Shown: in pieces, positions 48,564-59,832 of the stretch
How the letters are laid out: each line of letters begins with the position of its first letter
Position numbering within the stretch: position 1 is the stretch's first letter
Assembly: GCF_044704955.1 (NCBI RefSeq)
Contig: NC_092006.1
Span: forward strand, 13,516,001-13,580,000
Direction of reading: 5' to 3'
DNA length: 64,000 bases
Source of the DNA: Pristiophorus japonicus
Taxonomy: Eukaryota
Made by a program: the position numbers and the translations under genes
The notes under the pieces: model-generated
Told to the model about the DNA's origin: nothing
The model's input: the letters and a program-made list of their open reading frames with translations, nothing else
Database searches by the model: none

Positions 48564-49171
48564 AGAAACATAGAAAATAGGTGCAGGAGTAGGCCATTCG
48601 GCCCTTCTAGCCTGCACCGCCATTCAATGAGTTCATGGCTGAACATGCAACTTCAGTACCCCATTCCTGCTTTCTCGCCATACCCCTTGATCCCCCTAGT
48701 AGTAAGGACTTCATCTAACTCCTTTTTGAATATATTTAGTGAATTGGCCTCAACAACTTTCTGTGGTGGAGAATTCCACAGGTTCACCACTCTCTGGGTG
48801 AAGAAGTTTCTCCTCATCTCGGTCCTAACTGGCTTACCCCTTATCCTTAGACTGTGACCTCTGGTTCTGGACTTCCCCAACATTGGGAACATTCTTCCTG
48901 CATCTAACCTGCCTAACCCCGTCAGAATTTTAAACGTTTCTATGAGGTCCCCTCTCATTCTTCTGAACTCCAGTGAATACAAGCCCAGTTGATCCAGTCT
49001 TTCTTGATAGGTCAGTCCCGCCATCCCGGGAATCAGTCTGGTGAACCTTCGCTGCACTCCCTCAATAGCAAGAATGTCCTTCCTCAGGTTAGGAGACCAA
49101 AACTGTACACAATACTCCAGGTCTGGCCTCACCAAGGCCCTGTACAACTGTAGCAACACCTCCCTACCCCT
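48564..49171 (-). mobile_element. CR1 3' portion, cut at the same junction
   Basis: Paralogous to 21842-22449. Confidence 0.93.
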
Positions 49172-52100
49172 CCATATCTCTGTAACCTCCTCCAGCCCCT
49201 ATACCCCTCCCTATCTCTGTAACCTCCTCCAGCCCCTCCGCCCCGCCCTAACTCTGTAACCTGCTCCAGCCCTACACCCCTCCTGATCTCTGTAACCTCC
49301 TCCAGCCCCTACACTCCTCCCTATCTCTGCAACCTCCTCCAGCCACTACACCCTCCCTATCTCTGCAACCACCTCCAGCCCCGACACCCCTCTCTATCTC
49401 TGTAACCTCCTCCAGACCCTACACCTCTCCATATCTCTGTAACCTCCTCCAGCCGCTCCATCCCTCCCTATCTCTGTAACCTCCTCCAGCCCCTACACCC
49501 CTCACTATCTCTGTAACCTCCTCTAGACCCTACACCCCTCCCTATCTCTGTCACCTCCCCCAGCCCCTATAACCCTCCCTATCTCTGTAACCTCCTCCAG
49601 CCCCAACACCTCTCACTCTCTCTGTAACCACCTTCAGCCCCTACACCCTCCATATCTCGGTAACCTCCTCCAGCCCCTACACTCCTCCGTATCTCTGTAA
49701 CACCCTCCAGCCCCTACGCCCCTCCCTATCTCTGTAACCTCCTACACCCCTCCCTATCTCTGTAACTGCCTCTAGCCCCTAAACCCCTCCCTATCTCTGC
49801 AACACCCTCCAGTCCCAACACCTCACGATCTCCGTACCATCCTCCAGCCCCGACACACCTCCCTATCTCTGTATCCTCCAGCCCCAACACCTCTCACTCT
49901 CTCTGTAACCACCTTCAGCCCCTACACCCTCCATATCTCTGTAACCTCCTCCAGCCCCTACACCCCTCCGTATCTCTGTAACACCCTCCAGCCCCTACAC
50001 CCCTCCCTATCTCTGTAACCTCCTCCAGCCCCTACACCCCTCCCTATCTCTGTAATCTCCTCCAGCCCCTACACACCTCCCTGTCTCTGCAACCTCCTCC
50101 AGCCCCTACTGCACTCCTTATCTCTGTAACCTCCTCCAGCCCTACAACCCTCCCTATCTCTGCAACCTCCTCCAGCCCCAACACCACTCCCTATCTCTGC
50201 AACCTCCTCCAGCCACGACACCCATGCCGATCTCTGTAACTTCCTCCACCAGACCCGACACACCTCCCTATCTCTGTAACCTCCCCTAGCCCCTACACTC
50301 CTCCCTATCTCTGTCACCTCCTCCAGCCCCTACACCCCTCCCTATCTCTGTAACCTCCTCCAGCTTCTACACCCCTCCCTATCTCTGTAACCTCCTCCAG
50401 CCCCTACGCCCCTCCCTAAATCTGTAACCTCCTCCAGCCCCTATATCCGTCCCCGTCTCTGTAACCACCTTCAGCCCATGCACCTCTCCATATCTCTGTA
50501 ACCTCCTCCAGCCCCTACACCCCTCCCTATCTCTGTAACCCCCTCCAGCCCCTACACCCCTCCCTATCCCTGTAGCCTCCTCCAGCCCCTACACCCCTCC
50601 CTATCTCTGTAACTTGCTCCAGCCCCTACACCCCTCCCTGACTCTGTAACCAGCTACAGCACCTAGAACCCCTCCCTATCTCTGTAACCTCCTCCAGCTC
50701 TACACCCCTCCCTATCTCTGTAACTTCGAGCTCTACATCCATCCCTATCCCTGCAACCACCTCCAGCCCCTACACCCCTCCATATCTCTGTAACCTTCTC
50801 CAGCCCCGACACCCCTCCCTATCTCTGTAATCTCCTCCAGCCCCTACACCCCTCCCTATCTCAGTAACCTCCTCCAGCCTCTACTGCCCTCCCAATCTCT
50901 GCAACCTCCTCCAGCCCCTACACCCCTCCCTATCTCTGTAGCCTCCTCCAGCCCCTACACCCCTCCCTATCTCTGTAACTTCCTCCAGCCCCTACACCCC
51001 TCCCTGACTCTATAACCAGCCACAGCACCTAGAACCCCTCCCTATCTCTGTAACCTCCTCCAGCCCCCACACACCTCCCGATCTCTGTAATCTCCTCCAG
51101 CCCCTGCACCCCTTCCTATCTCTGTAGCCTCCTCCAGCCCCTACACTCCTCCCTATCTCTGTAACCTCCTCCAGCCCCTGCACCCCTTCCTATCTCTGTA
51201 GCCTCCTCCAGCCCCTACACTCCTCCCTATCTCTGTAATGTCTTCCAGCCCCCTCCCTATCACTGTAACTTTCTCCAGCCCCTGCACCCCTCCCGATCAC
51301 TGTACCGTCCTCCAGCCCCTACTGCCTTCCCTATCTCTGTAATCTCCTCCAGCATCTCCTGCCCTCCCTATCTCTGTAACTACCTTCAGCCCCTACACCC
51401 CTCCATATCTCTGTAACCTCCTCCCACTTCGACACCCCTCCCTATCTCTGTAACTTCCTCCACCAGATCCTACACCCCTCCCTATCTCTGTAACCTCCTC
51501 CAGCCCCTATAACCCTCCCTATCTCTGTAACCTCCTCCAGCCCCTTCACCCCTCCATATCTCTGTTACTTCCTCCAGCCTCTACACCCCTCGATCTCTGT
51601 AACACCCTCCAGCTCCTACACCCCTCTATCTCTGTAATCTCCACGGGTCCCTACACCCCTCCCTATCTTGTAACCTCCACGGGCCCCTACACCCCTCCCT
51701 ATCTCTGTAACCTCATCCAGCCCCTACACCCCTCCCTATATCTGTAACCTCCTCCAGCCCCTAAACCCCTCCCTATCTCTGTAACCTCCTCCAGTCCCAC
51801 AACCCCTCCCTATCTCTGTAACCTCCTCCAGCCCCCACACACCTCCCGATCTCTGTAATCTCCTCCAGCCCCGACACCCCTCCCTATCTCTGTAATCTCC
51901 TCCAGCCCCTACACCCCTCCCTATCTCTGTAACCTCCTCCAGCCTCTACTGCCCTCCCGATCTCTGCAACCTCCTCCAGCCCCTACACCCCTCCCTATCT
52001 CTGTAACCTCCTCCAGCTCTACACCCCTCCCTATCTCTGTAACTTCGAGCTCTACACCCATCCCTATCCCTGCAACCACCTCCAGCCCCTACACCCCTCC

Positions 52101-55100
52101 ATATCTCTGTAACCTTCTCCAGCCCCGACACCCCTCCCCAGCTCTGTAACGTCCTCCAGCCCCAACACCTCTGCCTATCTCTGTAACCTCCTCCTGCCCC
52201 TATTGCCCTCCCTATCTCTGTAATCTCCTCCAGCCCCTACACACCTCCCTGTCTCTGTAACCTCCTCCAGCCCCTACTGCACTCCCTATCTCTGTAACCT
52301 CCTCCAGCCCCTACACCCCTCCCCATCTCTGTAAACACCTTCAGCCCCAACACCTCTCCATATCTCTGTAACCTCCTCCAGCCCCTACACAACTCCATAT
52401 CTCTGTAACCTCCTCCAGCTTTTACACCCCTGCCTATCTCTGTAACTTCCTCCACCAGATCCTACACCCCTCCCTAGCTCTGTAACCTCCTCCAGCCCCT
52501 ATAACCCTCCCTATCTCTGTAACCTCCTCCAGCCCCTACACCCCTCCATATCTCTGTTACTTCCTCCAGCCTCAACACCCCTCGATCTCTGTAACCTCCA
52601 CGTATCCCTACACCTCTCCCTATCTTGTAACCTCCACGGGCCCCGACACCCCTCCCTATCTCTGTAACCTCCTCCAGCCCCTAAACCCCTCCCTATCTCT
52701 GTAACCTCCTCCAGCCCCACAACCCCTCCCTTTCTCTGTAATATCCTCCAGCCCCACAACCCCTCCCTATTTCTGTAATCTCCTCCAGCCTCTACACACC
52801 TCCCTATCTCTGTTACCTCCTCCAGCACCTATATCCCTCCCTAACTCTGTAACCTCCTCCAGCCCTACACCCCTCCTGATCTCTGTAACCTCCTCCAGCC
52901 CCTATACCTCTCACTATCCCTGCAACCTCCTCCAGCCCCTACACCCCTCCCTATCACTGTAACCTCCTCCAGCCCCTACACCCCTCCCTTTCTCTGTAAC
53001 CTCCTCCAGCCCCTACACCCCTCCCGATCTCCGTAATCTCCTCCAGCCCCGACACCCCTCCCTATCTCTGTAATCTCCTCCAGCCCCTACACCCCTCCCT
53101 ATCTCTGTAACCTCCTCCAGCCTCTACTGCCCTCCCGATCTCTGCAACCTCCTCCAGCCCCTACACCCCTCCCTATCTCTGTAGCCTCCTCCAGCTCTAC
53201 ACCCCTCCCTATCTCTGTAACTTCGAGCTCTACACCCATCCCTATCCCTGCAACCACCTCCAGCCCCTACACCCCTCCATATCTCTGTAACCTTCTCCAG
53301 CCCCGACACCCCTCCACAGCTCTGTAACGTCCTCCAGCCCCAACACCTCTGCCTATCTCTGTAACCTCCTCCTGCCCCTATTGCCCTCCCCATCTCTGTA
53401 AACACCTTCAGCCCCAACACCTCTCCATATCTCTGTAACCTCCTCCAGCCCCTACACAACTCCATATCTCTGTAACCTCCTCCAGCTTTTACACCCCTGC
53501 CTATCTCTGTAACTTCCTCCACCAGATCCTACACCCCTCCCTAGCTCTGTAACCTCCTCCAGCCCCTATAACCCTCCCTATCTCTGTAACCTCCTCCAGC
53601 CCCTACACCCCTCCATATCTCTGTTACTTCCTCCAGCCTCAACACCCCTCGATCTCTGTAACCTCCACGTATCCCTACACCTCTCCCTATCTTGTAACCT
53701 CCACTGGCCCCGACACCCCTCCCTATCTCTGTAACCTCCTCCAGCCCCTAAACCCCTCCCTATCTCTGTAACCTCCTCCAGCCCCACAACCCCTCCCTTT
53801 CTCTGTAATATCCTCCAGCCCCACAACCCCTCCCTATTTCTGTAATCTCCTCCAGCCTCTACACACCTCCCTATCTCTGTTACCTCCTCCAGCACCTATA
53901 TCCCTCCCTAACTCTGTAACCTCCTCCAGCCCTACACCCCTCCTGATCTCTGTAACCTCCTCCAGCCCCTATACCTCTCACTATCCCTGCAACCTCCTCC
54001 AGCCCCTACAGCCCTCCCTATCACTGTAACCTCCTCCAGCCCCTACACCCCTCCCTATCTCTGTAGCCTCCTCCAGCCCCTACACCCCTCACTATCTCTG
54101 TAATATCCTCCTGCCTCTACACCCCTCCCTATCTCTGTAATCTCCTCCAGCCTCTACACACCTCCCTATCTCTGTAACCTCCTCCAGCCCCTGCACCCCT
54201 CCCTATCTCTATAGCCTCCTCCAGCCCCTACACCCCTCCCTATCTCTGTAATGTCCTCCAACCCTCGACACCACTCCCGATCACTGTAACGTCCTCCAGC
54301 CCCTACTGCCTTCCCTATCTCTGTAATCTCCTCCAGCACCTCCTGCTCTCCCTATCTCTGTAACTACCTTCAGCCCCTACACCCCTCCATATCTCTGTAA
54401 CCTCCTCCCACTTCTACACCCCTCCTGATCTCTGTAACTTTCTCCACCAGCCCCTACACCGCTCCCTATCTCTGTTATCTCCTCCAGCCCCTATACCCCT
54501 CCCTATCTATGTAACCTCCTCATGGCCCTATGCCCCTCCCTAACTCTGTAACCTCCTCCAGCCCAACACCCCTCCTGATCTCTGTAACCTCCTCGAGTCC
54601 CTATACCTCTCCCTATCCCTGCAACCTCCTCCAGCCCCTACACCCCTCCCTATCTCTGCAACACCCTCCAGTCCCTACACCTCCCGATCTCCGTAACCTC
54701 CTCCAGCCCCTACACCCCTCCATATCTCTGTAACCTCCTCCCACTTCGACACCCCTCCCTATCTCTGTAACTTCCTCCACCAGATCCTACACCCCTCCCT
54801 ATCTCTGTAACCTCCTCCAGCCCCTATAACCCTCCCTATCTCTGTAACCTCCTCCAGCCCCTTCACCCCTCCATATCTCTGTTACTTCCTCCAGCCTCTA
54901 CACCCCTCGATCTCTGTAACATCCTCCAGCTCCTACACCCCTCTATCTCTGTAATCTCCACGGGTCCCTACACCCCTCCCTATCTTGTAACCTCCACGGG
55001 CCCCTACACCCCTCCCTATCTCTGTAACCTCATCCAGCCCCTACACCCCTCCCTATATCTGTAACCTCCTCCAGCCCCTAAACCCCTCCCTATCTCTGTA

Positions 55101-55610
55101 ACCTCCTCCAGCCCCACAACCCCTCCCTATCTCTGTAACCTCCTCCAACCCCGACACCCCTCCCTATCTCTGTAACCTCCTCCAGCCCCTACACCGCTCC
55201 CTATCTCTGTAACCACCTCCAGCCCCTACATCCCTTCTTATCTCTGTGATCTCCTCCAGCCCCTATACCCCTCCCTATCTCTGCAACCACCTCCAGCCCC
55301 TATGCCCATCCCTAACTCTGTAACCTCCTCCAGCCCGACACCCCTCCTGATCTCTGTAACCTCCTTGAGTCCCTATACCTCTCCCTATCCCTGCAACCTC
55401 CTCCAGCCCCTACACCCCTCCCTATCTCTGCAACACCCTCCAGTCCGTACACCTCCCGATCTCCGTAACCTCCTCCAGCCCCTACACCCCTCCCTATCTC
55501 TGTAACTTCCTCCAGCCTCTACACCCCTCCCTGACTCTGTAACCCGCTTCAGCATCTACACCCCTCCCTTTCTCTGTAACCTCCTCCAGCCCCACAACCC
55601 CTCCCTATCT
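49167..55610. repeat. 37-bp minisatellite, array 4
   Basis: Near-identical variant order to array 2. Confidence 0.97.
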
Positions 55611-55611
55611 C

Positions 55612-56323
55612 CCACACACAGCGATATGATAATGACCCAGATCATCTGTTTTAGTGATGTTGGTTGAGGGATAAATATTGGGCCCAGGACACCGGGGAGA
55701 ACTCCCCCTGCTCTTCTTCCAATAGTAGCCCCGGGATCTTTTACACCCACCCGAGAGGGCAGACGGGGCCTCGGTTTAACGTCTCATCCGAAAGATGGCC
55801 CCTCCGACAGTGCGTCACTCCCTCAGTACCGCCCCTCCGACAGTGCGGCGCTCCCTCAGTACCGCCCCTCTGACAGGGCGACGCTCCCTCAGTACTGCCC
55901 CTCCGACAGTGCGGCGCTCCCTCAGTACTGCCCCTCGGACAGTGCAGCGCTCCCTCAGTACCGTCCCTCCGACAGTGCGGCGCTCCCTCAGTACTGCCCC
56001 TCCGACAGTGCAGCGCTCCCTCAGTACCGCCCCTCCGGACAGTGCGGTGCTCCCTCAGTAGTGCCCCTCCGACAGTGCGGCGCTCCCTCAGTACTGCCCC
56101 TCCGACAGTGCGGCGCTCCCTCAGTACTGTCCCTCCGACAGTGCAGTGCTCCCTCAGTACCGCCCCTCCGACAGTGCGGTGCTCCCTCAGTACCGCCCCT
56201 CCGACAGTGCAGTGCTCCCTCAGTACCGCCCCTCCGACAGTGCGGCGCTCCCTCAGTACGACATTGGAGTGTTAGCCTCGAGTGAAATGCTCAAGCTCCT
56301 GGAGTGAGACTTGAACCCACAAT
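55612..56323 (-). mobile_element. Deu-type SINE with 33-bp minisatellite, unit 4
   Basis: Paralogous to 13896-15103. Confidence 0.7.
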
Positions 56324-56681
56324 TGGGAGGCAGTTGGTTGAGGAAGGAGTTTTGCCCGGAACACCAGCAACACCCTGTTCTCCAAGGAATAGGATCTTTA
56401 ACATCCACCGCATCAGGAGAGGGGCATGGAGCAGTGAGAGGGCTCAGTGAAACATCAAGTCCCCCTCCCCAGGGCTCAGTCCCACACTGGGCCCCTCTCC
56501 CCCTCCCCAGGGCTCAGTCCCACACCGGGCCCCCCTCCCCCTCCCCGGGGCTCAGTCCCACACCGGGCCCCCCTCCCCCTCCCCGGGGCTCAGTCCCACA
56601 CCGAGTGAGACCACTGGGGCAATGCGAGCCATGATTCGAAGGGAAGGGGCCCCTGGTGACATTTGGACCAATCCTCACTTT

Positions 56682-57723
56682 CGTAGAAATAAAAAATCGG
56701 AGCAGGAGTCGGCCATTCAATATGATCCCGGCTGATCCTCTATCCTCACACCATATTCCCACTTTCTCTCCAGCCCCCTTGATGCCTTTTGTGTCTCGAA
56801 ATCTATCGATCTCCCTCTTGAATATATTCAGTGACTTGGCCTCCACAGCCTTCTGTGGTCGAGAATTCCACAGGTTCACCACCCTCTGAGTGAGAACATT
56901 TCTCCTCATCTCAGTCCTAAATTTCCTAGCCCGTATCCTGAGACTGTGACCCCTTGTTCTAGACTTCCCAGCCCCGGGGAAACATCCTCCCCGCATCCAG
57001 TCTGTCCAACCCCGTCACAATTTTATACATTTCAATGAGATCCCCTCTCATTCTTCTAAACTCCAGTGAATACAGGCCCAGTCGACCCAATCTCTCCTCA
57101 TACCACAGTCCTGCCATCCCAGGAATCAGTCTGGTGAACCTTCACTGCACTCCCTCTATGGCAAGTATATCCTTCCTTAGGTAAGGAGACCAAAACTGCA
57201 CACAATACTCCTGGTGCGGTCTCACCAATGCCCTGTATAACTGGAGTAAGGCATCTCCTTGCTCCTGTACACAAATCCTCTTGCAATGTAGGCCAACGTA
57301 CCCCATTTGCCCCTAACTGCTTGCTGCACCATGTTTGTTTTCAATGTCTGGTGTACAAGGACACCCAGGTCCCTCTGTACATCCACACTTCCCAAGCCGT
57401 CACCATTTAAACAATACTTTGTCCTCATGTTTTTCCCACCAAAGTAGATAACTTCACATTTATCCACGTTATACTACATCTGCCATGTGTTTGCCCATTC
57501 ACATAGAAACATAGAGAATAGGTGCAGGAGTAGGCCATTCGGCCCTTCGAGCCTGCACCACCATTCAATAAGATCATGGCTGATCATTCACCTCAGTCCC
57601 CCATTCCTGCTTTCTCTCCCTTGATCCCTTTAGCCGTAAGGACCACATCCAACTCCCTTTTGAATCTGTCTAACGAACTGGCCTCAACAACTTTCTGTGG
57701 CAGAGAATTCGACAGGTTCACTC
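56682..57723 (-). mobile_element. CR1 fragments, unit 4
   Basis: Paralogous to 16112-17182. Confidence 0.9.
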
Positions 57724-57946
57724 TGTCGACCCGCTGTGTCTTTACATCCTCGTCCCGACTCACAACCCCAGCCAGTTTTGGGTCGTCGGCAAGTGTGGAA
57801 GCATGACGGTTTGGTTCCCTGCCGTCCCGTGCAATGAGGGGCCAGCGAGACCAGGGTGGGAGTTTTTAATTCTGTTTATTTATCAGAATGTCAGCACTCG
57901 CTGGCCATACACACTGGCGTGTGCACGCACACGTTCCGCCAATCGC

Positions 57947-59110
57947 TCAGAAACACTTGCGATGGACAATCGCCGGACCCTTCTCGTCGTAGTCCTTGCG
58001 ACACACCCACATGGACTGGAAGGTGTTGAGGCTGGCCGTGATGGAGCCCCCAATCCACACCGAGAACTTGCGCTGGGGCGAGGCGTAGACGTTGAGCTTG
58101 AAGCGGCTGGGCACCAGCTCGCCCATCTCCTTCTGGATGCGCTCGGCGAGGCCGGGGAACATGGAGGAGCCGCCCGACAGCACGATGTTGTTGAACAGCT
58201 CGGGCCGGTGCTTGGCCTTGCACTTCTTCAGGCTCTTCATGGCCAGCACGTGGAGGCCGGGGTCAGTCAGCCCCACCGCCTCGGGCTTGAACAGAGACTC
58301 GGGGCAGCGGAAGCGCTGGTTGCCGATGGTGATGATGTGTCCGTCGGGAAGCTTGTAGTCGGTCAGGTAGTCGCTCTTGTTGGCCACCATCTCCTTGTTG
58401 AAGTCCTGCGCCACGTAGCAGCAGGTCTCCTTGATGTTGTGCACGATGTGCATCTCCTCGGGGCTGAAGGTGTTGCCGCACTCCTCCAGCAGCTTGGCCA
58501 TGTACTCGCTCAGCCTGCCCCCAGCCAGGTCCAGGCGGTAGGTGGCATGGGGCAATGTGTAGCCGTTGTAGATGGGCACCGTGTAGGAGACCCCCAGGCC
58601 CGACTCGATGATCAGGCCGTTGATCCTCCCGGTGGAGTACAGCGACAGCACGCTCTGGTGGGCCACGTACATGGCCGGCACCCCAAAGTTCTCGAACAGC
58701 AGCTCGGCCGACTTCTCCCGGTTGGCGGTGGGCGACAGCGGGCTGTCGGAGAGCAGCACCGCCTGATCCTCAGGGGCCACCCGCAGCTCATGGCAGAAGA
58801 CGTGGTGCATGAGCATCTCCAGAGCGTCCCAGTCTGTCACGATGCCTTTGGTGACCACCTGGGTCTTGGTGATCCACGGGTCACTGGGGATGGCGCTGCC
58901 GATGTAGTAGTCGGGCCCCTTGCGCGGGTCGTTGCCCGTCTGGTTGGGGATGCCCACCAGGGAGTGGACCACCACGCTGGGCTTGTCGTCGCCGGCAAAG
59001 CCAGCCTTGGTATAGCCGGTGCCGTTGTCCATCACCACGGCCGCCGTCTTGGTGAAGTCTTCTGTGCAGGCGGGGGGCCCCTGGGGGGCAGTGGGGGAGG
59101 ATTTGCTCAT
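57947..59110 (-). CDS. Intronless actin-related protein, copy 4 (387 aa)
   Basis: Intact ORF; 8 aa differences from copy 1, of which 7 are shared with copy 3. Confidence 0.93.
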   Translation of the reverse strand: MSKSSPTAPQGPPACTEDFTKTAAVVMDNGTGYTKAGFAGDDKPSVVVHSLVGIPNQTGNDPRKGPDYYIGSAIPSDPWITKTQVVTKGIVTDWDALEMLMHHVFCHELRVAPEDQAVLLSDSPLSPTANREKSAELLFENFGVPAMYVAHQSVLSLYSTGRINGLIIESGLGVSYTVPIYNGYTLPHATYRLDLAGGRLSEYMAKLLEECGNTFSPEEMHIVHNIKETCCYVAQDFNKEMVANKSDYLTDYKLPDGHIITIGNQRFRCPESLFKPEAVGLTDPGLHVLAMKSLKKCKAKHRPELFNNIVLSGGSSMFPGLAERIQKEMGELVPSRFKLNVYASPQRKFSVWIGGSITASLNTFQSMWVCRKDYDEKGPAIVHRKCF

Positions 59111-59832
59111 TCTCACAGCGAGGGCACGGACTGAGGGGGTCCGGGGGTGGGCTTCTTGGGTCTGCTCTGAGCAACACGATCAGCACGCTTTTCTTCCTGT
59201 TTGCAGCCTCCCTCTCTCTCCCTCGAGTGTCACCGTCTGTATGGGCCCACACCTCCACCTGCCCCTCTACACTGGGCCTGTCGCCGGGGGCAACGGCGCT
59301 GATCTCACAATGTCCCCTTGTTGCCTCTGACCTCTGACCTCCCCCCCCCCCACACACACACAGGAAGCCAGGTTACAGACAACAGGTGATGTCACTGAGA
59401 GAGGGAGGAGGGCCGTCAGCGGGAGGCCCCTCCCCCACCCTGAACCCCCTCACTCAGCCCCCCCACGCACCCCACACCCTCTTCCCCCAACCTCCCCCTC
59501 CCCAACCTCCTGCTCACAGCCTCAGCCATGATCATATTGAATGGCGGTGCAGGCTCGAAGGGCCGACTCCTGCACCTATTTTCTCTGTTCCTATCCCCCT
59601 CCCCATTACGCTGTCCGCCACCCGCAACACCACCCACATCCTCACTGCCACCTTTCCCTCGCTCACCCCTCCACCTTCGCTCCAAACCCCTCCCTCACTT
59701 TCTGGAGCCCCGTTCCCCGCCTCTGTCCCACTGCTCGCTCCCTGACTTCAGAGTGAGTCGGTGCGAATCAGTCTGGCCCCCAGCCCCCGGCTCTCCCCAG
59801 TGCTGCAAACCAGCTGCTTGATAAGACTCAAT

